The notes under the pieces: generated by a model
What the model saw: only the letters and a program-made list of their open reading frames with translations
The model's database searches: none
Told to the model about the DNA's origin: nothing
Shown: positions 58,410 through 64,000 of the stretch, in pieces
Layout of the letters: the number at the start of each line of letters is the position of its first letter
Numbering within the stretch: position 1 is the stretch's first letter
Program-made: the position numbers and the translations under genes
Source: an uncultured Pseudomonadota bacterium
Lineage (GTDB): Bacteria; Myxococcota_A; Polyangia; Fen-1088
Assembly: GCA_963847705.1 (NCBI GenBank)
Contig: CAWKBC010000027.1
Location: 160,001 to 224,000 of the forward strand
Length of the DNA stretch: 64,000 nt
Direction: 5' to 3'

Positions 58410-59645
58410 ATGCTAAACCGAGGGGCCTTGTCCGAACCGAGCACGCCCAAGCAGAGGATTGGACCCCGGCGCCGCGGCCGGTTCATCGTCATGGTCTTCC
58501 TGATCGCCTTCGGCGTGCAGGTGCCACTCTGCGCCGCGCTGATGCACCTGACCGGCCGCCCCGGGCCCGTCTTGGCCGTCGCCGGCGCGATCACCTTCGG
58601 GTTCATCGTCTCGCTGTTCGGTGGGCGGAGCAGCATGGGGGCGCCCGGACGGTTGCGCCTCTACCTGGTCCTCTGGCCGTTCTTCATCTGGTGGACGCTG
58701 GGGCTGTTGTTCGCGGCCCTGGCGCCGCTGGCGTTCATCGCGGCGGCCCTGCTTCACGCGCCGCTCGGTGCCGCCTGGACGGCCGGGCTCGGGGCCGCGC
58801 TGGTCGGCACCCTGATGGCGTTCGTGGGCGGCCCGCGCCTGCGCGAGCACGAGATCGAGATCGCCGGGCTCCCGAACCAGTTCGACGGCTATCGGGTGGC
58901 GCAGATCTCCGACCTGCATTGCGGTCCGTTTGCCGACGGCGCGCGCGTCGATCGCTGGGTGGCCGCGGTCAACCGGCTGGAGGTGGATCTGGTGGCGGTC
59001 ACTGGCGACCTCATCGCCAGCGGCTCGACGTTCGTGCCGGTGGTGGCGACCTCGCTCGGCAAGCTGCGCGGCCGCGACGGCGTCTTCGCCTGCATGGGCA
59101 ACCACGACTACTTCACCGACGGGGAAGAGATGGCCTCCGCGCTGGAGCGGGCCGGGTTGACGCTGCTGCGGAACCGCGGGGTCTCGATCCGGCGCGACGA
59201 CGCCGTGCTCTACGTGGCGGGCGTCGACGACACCTGGACCAAGCGGAACGATCTCGACCGCGCGCTGGCCGACCGGCCGGCCGCCGCGTCGACCCTGCTG
59301 CTGGCGCACGATCCGGTCCTGTTTCCCGACGCGGCCAAGCGCGGCGTCGATCTGACGCTCTCCGGGCACACGCACGGAGGACAGATCGGCGTCCCGTTTT
59401 TTGCGCGGCGGTTCAACCTGGCGCGCGTCATCACGCGCTTCACGACCGGGCTCTACCGAATGGGGACGGCGGCGCTCTACGTGAACCGCGGCCTCGGCAC
59501 CACCGGCATGCCGATCCGTCTGTCGGTCCCGGCCGAGATCGCCGTGCTGACGCTTCGCCGTGCCCCGCCAGGGGTGGGGGCCGAAACCAGCGCCGCCTCG
59601 GACACGTCCGAAATTGCCATGCCGGACGGCCTGTTACGGGCCTGA
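58410..59645 (+). CDS. Membrane-anchored metallophosphoesterase
   Basis: Four N-terminal TM helices, SDLH, TGDL, GNHD and SGHTHGGQ. Confidence 0.88.
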   Translation: MLNRGALSEPSTPKQRIGPRRRGRFIVMVFLIAFGVQVPLCAALMHLTGRPGPVLAVAGAITFGFIVSLFGGRSSMGAPGRLRLYLVLWPFFIWWTLGLLFAALAPLAFIAAALLHAPLGAAWTAGLGAALVGTLMAFVGGPRLREHEIEIAGLPNQFDGYRVAQISDLHCGPFADGARVDRWVAAVNRLEVDLVAVTGDLIASGSTFVPVVATSLGKLRGRDGVFACMGNHDYFTDGEEMASALERAGLTLLRNRGVSIRRDDAVLYVAGVDDTWTKRNDLDRALADRPAAASTLLLAHDPVLFPDAAKRGVDLTLSGHTHGGQIGVPFFARRFNLARVITRFTTGLYRMGTAALYVNRGLGTTGMPIRLSVPAEIAVLTLRRAPPGVGAETSAASDTSEIAMPDGLLRA

Positions 59646-59709
59646 GACCGCGCTCACAAAGTTAGAAATTCAGGCGATCCCCTAGAAACCCCCTTCCCAG
59701 AAGGGGGAA

Positions 59710-60867
59710 ATGGTACTCTCGCCCACGGTGCCCCCCCGCTACTCCCCAAGCTCGGAGTTTAGGCGCGATCTCGAAGCACGTGTGGCTGGGTATTTCGATA
59801 CCAGCCAGCGCTGCCGCCAAGGCTCCGGGAGGATGTACATCAAGACGGCGATCTTGATGGCTTGGCTGATCGGCTCGTACGTGGGCCTGGTCTGGGCCGC
59901 GACGGTCTGGTGGCAGGCGGTGCCCCTCGCCGTCTCGCTGGCGCTGGCGATGGCGGGCGTCGGGTTCAACGTCCAGCACGACGGCAACCACGGCGCTTAT
60001 TCACGCCACTGCGCCATCAACAAGCTCGCGGCGCTGACGCTGAACCTGCTGGGGGGCGACGCCTACTTCTGGCACTTCAAGCACAACATCGCCCATCACA
60101 CCTATCCGAACGTGACGGGCTCCGACGACGACATCCGTCTCGGCCCGCTGGCGCGCCTGTCGCCCCATCAACGGCGCTACTGGTTCCACCGCTTCCAGCA
60201 CCTCTACGTCTGGGGCCTCTACGCGCTGCTGGCGCTCAACTGGCAGATCTCGGGCGACTTCCGCTCGATCATCAGGCCGGGGGTCGGTGACACGGCGGTC
60301 TCGCGGCCGCGCGGATGGGACCTGGTCTGCTTCTGCCTGGGCAAGGCGAGCTTCCTGACCTTGGCCCTGGTCATCCCGCTCTTGCACCACCGGGTGATCA
60401 CGGTGGTCGCGGTCTACCTCTTTACCGACGCGATCCTGGGTCTGGTGCTGGCGACGGTCTTTCAGCTGGCCCACTGCGTGGAGGAGGCGGACTTCCGCGC
60501 TCCGGCGACCGCGGCCACGCGCATCGACCGCGAGTGGATGGTTCACCAGCTGGAGACCTCCGTCGACTTCGCGCGCGACAACCGGGTTTTGACCTGGTAC
60601 CTGGGCGGCCTCAACTTCCAGGTCGAGCACCACCTGTTCCCCAAGACCTGCCACATCCACTACCCGGCCATCTCGCCGATCGTCGAGGCGACCTGCCGCG
60701 CGCACGGGATCTCGCACCGGTCGCACCGGACGATGCGGGGCGCCTTTCGCTCGCACGTCCGCTGGCTGAAGCGGATGGGGCGCAAGGTCGACAAGCTCAA
60801 CAAGGTCGAGGTTGCGGTTGACGCCGCGGCCGAGGCCAAGGCCGCGGCCGCGCTTCAGCCCGCCTGA
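59710..60867 (+). CDS. Fatty acid (acyl-CoA) desaturase, front-end type
   Basis: His boxes HDGNH, HNIAHH and QVEHH; GGLNFQ. Confidence 0.9.
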   Translation: MVLSPTVPPRYSPSSEFRRDLEARVAGYFDTSQRCRQGSGRMYIKTAILMAWLIGSYVGLVWAATVWWQAVPLAVSLALAMAGVGFNVQHDGNHGAYSRHCAINKLAALTLNLLGGDAYFWHFKHNIAHHTYPNVTGSDDDIRLGPLARLSPHQRRYWFHRFQHLYVWGLYALLALNWQISGDFRSIIRPGVGDTAVSRPRGWDLVCFCLGKASFLTLALVIPLLHHRVITVVAVYLFTDAILGLVLATVFQLAHCVEEADFRAPATAATRIDREWMVHQLETSVDFARDNRVLTWYLGGLNFQVEHHLFPKTCHIHYPAISPIVEATCRAHGISHRSHRTMRGAFRSHVRWLKRMGRKVDKLNKVEVAVDAAAEAKAAAALQPA

Positions 60868-61679
60868 AGCTTGAAGTCGAACCCCACGCGCGGCGGCTCC
60901 CTGTCGGGATCGCAGCGGTAACGGGTAAAGTCGGTCACGCCCTCGGCGCGCAGGAAGTCCTCGTCGATGAGCGCCTGGCCGGTCATGGTGTCGGGCGGCT
61001 TGGCGAAGATCGCCACCACCGCGTCGGCCACGATCTCCGGCGTCCGCCAGAGGGTGCGGTCACCCAGCCCCCAGCGGATCGTCGCCTGGCTCTCGATCAT
61101 GGTCGCGGGCCAGAGCGCATTGGCCGCCACGCCCTTGCCACGGACCTCCTCGGCGACCCCCTGGGCCACCAGGGTCATCCCGAACTTGCTGAGCGCATAG
61201 GCGACCTTGCCGGCCCCGGCGCGCGGGTCGACCGGCGGCGACAGCATCAGGATGTGCCCGAACTTGCGGGCCAGCATCGAGGGGAGCACGTGGCGGGTGC
61301 AAGCAAAGGCCCCGCGCGCGTTCACCCCCATCACCAGGTCGAACCGCTTCATCTCGGTCTCGGCGACGGAGCGCCAGTAGAGCGCGCCGGCGTTGTTGAC
61401 CAGAAAGTCGACCTGGCCGAAGCGCTCGAGCGCCTGTTTCACGACGCGCTCGACCGCGACGTCGTCGCGCACGTCCAGCTCGGCGGCCAGGGCGCGGCGC
61501 CCCAGCGCCTCGATCTCGCGCACGGTCTCGTGAATCGTCCCCGGCAGCTTGGGATCGGGGGCCACGGTCTTGGCGGCCACCACCACGTCGCATCCCTCGG
61601 CCGCCAGCCGCAGCGCCAGCGCCTTGCCGACGCCGCGCGAGGCGCCCGTGACCATCGCGACCCGACCGGCGAACTTCAT
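60855..61679 (-). CDS. Short-chain dehydrogenase/reductase (HSDL2-like)
   Basis: TGASRGVG, LPGTIHET, NNAG, YALSK and NALWP. Confidence 0.9.
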   Translation of the reverse strand: MKFAGRVAMVTGASRGVGKALALRLAAEGCDVVVAAKTVAPDPKLPGTIHETVREIEALGRRALAAELDVRDDVAVERVVKQALERFGQVDFLVNNAGALYWRSVAETEMKRFDLVMGVNARGAFACTRHVLPSMLARKFGHILMLSPPVDPRAGAGKVAYALSKFGMTLVAQGVAEEVRGKGVAANALWPATMIESQATIRWGLGDRTLWRTPEIVADAVVAIFAKPPDTMTGQALIDEDFLRAEGVTDFTRYRCDPDREPPRVGFDFKLQAG

Positions 61680-61742
61680 CGCACCAGCTTACAGCAGGCA
61701 GCAAGTGCTTGCTCTGCGGCGCCGTCCGTGGGAAACGAGCCC

Positions 61743-62858
61743 GTGGCCGCCGCTGAGACCCTGGTCCGTGAGCTGTTCGAGCACGCTGGCATCAAGATCG
61801 GGGGGTCGGGGCCGGGCGACATCGTCGTCCATGACCCGCGCTTCTACGGCCGCGTCATTCGCGAGGCGTCGATCGGCTTCGGCGAGTCGTACATGGACGG
61901 CTGGTGGGACACCGACGCGCTCGACACGCTGCTGGAGAAGATCATGCGCGGGGGGCTGCGCGAGAAGGTCACCGGCAGCACCCGGATGAAGCTGCTGACG
62001 GCCAAGGCGCTGCTCATGAACCTGCAGTCGAAGGCGCGCTCGGGCAAGTCGGTCGAGGCGCACTACGACATCGGCAACGACCTCTACACCAAGATGCTCG
62101 ACCCGCGGATGGTCTACACCTGCGCTTACTGGAAGGGCGCCACCACGCTGGCCGAGGCCCAGGAGAACAAGCTGGACCTCATCTGCCGCAAGCTGGGGCT
62201 GCAAAAGGGGATGCGCGTGCTCGATCTCGGCTGCGGGTGGGGCGGCTTCGCCGGCTTCGCCGCCGAGCGGTACGGCTGCTCGGTGGTCGGCGTGACGCTG
62301 TCGAAGGACCAGCACGCTCTCGGGCGCGAGCTCTGGAAGAACCTCGACGTCGACCTGCGCCTGTGCGACTACCGCGACGTGACCGGGACGTTCGACCGCG
62401 TGTCGTCGATCGGCATGATGGAGCACGTGGGCCCCAAAAATCACCGCCACGTCATGGAGGTGGTCCACCGCAGCCTGGTCCCCGACGGCGTCGCCGTCAT
62501 CCACACCATCGCCAATAACCGCAGCCGCCTGCACGGGACGGCCTGGATCGAGAAGTACATCTTCCCGAATGCCGTGGCGCCGTCGATCGCCCAACTGGGG
62601 CGCGCCATCGAGGGTCTGTTCGTGCTGGAGGATCTCCAGAACATCGGCCCCGACTACGACCGCACGCTGATGGCCTGGTGGGAAAACTTCGACCGCGCCT
62701 ACCCGGAGCTGAAGGCCAAGTACGACCAGCGCTTCTACCGGATGTGGAAGTTCTACCTGCTGGCGGCGGCCGGAGCGTCGAGATCGCGCGACGGCCAGCT
62801 CTACCACCTGGTCCTGACCAAGATCGGGCGCAAGCAGCCCGACTGCCGGGCCAGCTAG
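61743..62858 (+). CDS. cfa: Cyclopropane fatty acyl phospholipid synthase
   Basis: GESYMDGWW, HYDIGNDLY, YTCAYW, LDLGCGWGG, SIGMMEHVG, YIFP and RMWKFYL. Confidence 0.92.
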   Translation: MAAAETLVRELFEHAGIKIGGSGPGDIVVHDPRFYGRVIREASIGFGESYMDGWWDTDALDTLLEKIMRGGLREKVTGSTRMKLLTAKALLMNLQSKARSGKSVEAHYDIGNDLYTKMLDPRMVYTCAYWKGATTLAEAQENKLDLICRKLGLQKGMRVLDLGCGWGGFAGFAAERYGCSVVGVTLSKDQHALGRELWKNLDVDLRLCDYRDVTGTFDRVSSIGMMEHVGPKNHRHVMEVVHRSLVPDGVAVIHTIANNRSRLHGTAWIEKYIFPNAVAPSIAQLGRAIEGLFVLEDLQNIGPDYDRTLMAWWENFDRAYPELKAKYDQRFYRMWKFYLLAAAGASRSRDGQLYHLVLTKIGRKQPDCRAS

Positions 62859-63254
62859 CATAGACCGTCGTGAAGCGACCGCGCGAACGCGCGCGTAGCT
62901 AATCGTCAAGAATTCCCAATTCGGTCAGCGGATCGCGTTCATTCGGTCTGTCAACGTGAACCTCAAGAGGGAGGTTCACGATGCACGATCCGATGCTCTC
63001 TGGCTCCCTCCGCCAGTGGCGTAACGTCCTATCGGCACACCAGTTGTTGGTCTGCTCGATGAGGGCCGCTTCGTCTCCTGGAAGAATAGTGGAAATCCTT
63101 CGGCGGGCCATTCGCGGGTGGTGGAAACGGCGGCTGCGTCCGTCCAGACGACCGCGTCGAGCTCCCCCGCGTTGGTCGAGACCGAGATTCAGACGAGCGC
63201 AATGGAACCGACGTCGGCCGGCCGCCTTTTCTTTGCTGGTCCGCTCCGAGTGCC

Positions 63255-63282
63255 TTGAATTCGGTACCGGATACGGTACCAT
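63255..63282 (+). promoter_or_regulatory. Sigma70-type promoter with an overlapping palindromic operator for hicAB
   Basis: TTGAAT-N16-TACCAT, with the perfect dyad GGTACCG-gata-CGGTACC at 63263-63280. Confidence 0.65.
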
Positions 63283-63288
63283 CGATCG

Positions 63289-63549
63289 GTGGGGCGCACG
63301 ACGGCGGAAGTCCTGGAGCAGGCTCGGCGGAGTCCCGCCAACGTCCGCTTTCGGGACCTCTGCCGGCTCGTGGAAGCGATCGGATACAGGCTCAGGCGGC
63401 AGAAAGGGTCCCACCACGTGTTCACGCACGCGGCGCGATCCGAGCTGCCGATCGTGAATTTGCAGAGCGACGGAGCCACGGCGAAGGTGTACCAGGTGCG
63501 GCAGGTCGTGCGATTCATAGACGAGCACAAGCTGGGGGTGAAGCCATGA
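63289..63549 (+). CDS. hicA: HicA-family mRNA interferase toxin
   Basis: NVRFRDL..L....G....RQKGSHHVF and AKVYQVRQV. Confidence 0.88.
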   Translation: MGRTTAEVLEQARRSPANVRFRDLCRLVEAIGYRLRRQKGSHHVFTHAARSELPIVNLQSDGATAKVYQVRQVVRFIDEHKLGVKP

Positions 63550-63953
63550 AGAAGGGAACGTTTCGATATCGAATTGTGGTTGAGTGGAGCGACGAAGATC
63601 AGGCGTTCATCGCGCGCGTGCCGGCGCTGCCGGGCTGCCTGGCGCACGGAACGACAGCAGAGAAGGCGACGCACGAGGCCGAGGTGGCCGCAGGATTGAT
63701 CCTCGACGTGATCGAGGAGGACGGCCGAACGCCGCCGCCTGTCGACGCAGTGGCCGACTACTCGGGGCAGCTGCGGTTGAGGCTGCCGAAGTCGTTGCAT
63801 GAAGCCGTGTCTCAGCTCGCGACGGCCGAGGGTGTGTCGCTCAACACGCTCATGCTTTCGCTGATTGCCGAAGGTTGCGGTCGGCGCGAGGTTCAGTCGT
63901 CGGCGACAGCCCCAAAGGCCGGTAGGGCCAGCAAGCGGAAGGCTGTCGCGTAG
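63546..63953 (+). CDS. hicB: HicB-family antitoxin with an RHH domain
   Basis: WSDEDQAFIARVPALPGCLAHG and YSGQLRLRLPKSLH....A..EGVSLN. ATGA overlap with hicA. Confidence 0.9.
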   Translation: MKKGTFRYRIVVEWSDEDQAFIARVPALPGCLAHGTTAEKATHEAEVAAGLILDVIEEDGRTPPPVDAVADYSGQLRLRLPKSLHEAVSQLATAEGVSLNTLMLSLIAEGCGRREVQSSATAPKAGRASKRKAVA

Positions 63954-64000
63954 GTCAACGTGGGCACTGAAAAGTACATCCGAGAGAGCCTGTTCTGGGC

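Noticed and set aside
62899-63111. Small minus-strand ORF (MARRRISTILPGDE...)
   Set aside because: 70 aa with no motif or clear initiation signal, so it cannot be supported.

Overview
High-GC window that looks myxobacterial (Myxococcota/Polyangia-like): Ser/Thr kinases, an FHA-sigma54 activator, ECF/FecR pairs, Gly/Thr-rich lipoproteins and a MYXO-CTERM-like tail. From left to right it holds an ECF/FecR cluster with cytochrome c genes; a decayed integrative-element scar (truncated ABC permease, pyruvate kinase fragment, broken integrase) just upstream of tRNA-Leu(TAG); a MocD-like oxygenase/MetX-like hydrolase/GlnT cluster with an APC permease; and a GH6 cellulase. The main candidate for a new system is an operon encoding a divergent Family 1 (Linocin M18-like) encapsulin shell with an unusual C-terminal coiled-coil extension. 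It sits with a carotene-desaturase-like FAD oxidoreductase and a polyprenyl diphosphate synthase, and is flanked by a class III cyclase-ATPase-TPR protein, a DUF3237 protein and a cNMP-binding kinase. The rest has a RegAB/YtkA/multiheme cytochrome locus, aroD, SOD, LysR-leuA, an actinobacterial-type Sdh1, a second GH6, a complete IS630 inserted in a stop codon, an ECF/NrsF pair, lipid desaturase/cfa genes and a hicAB toxin-antitoxin pair. All family calls come from motif recognition by eye; no database searches were run.
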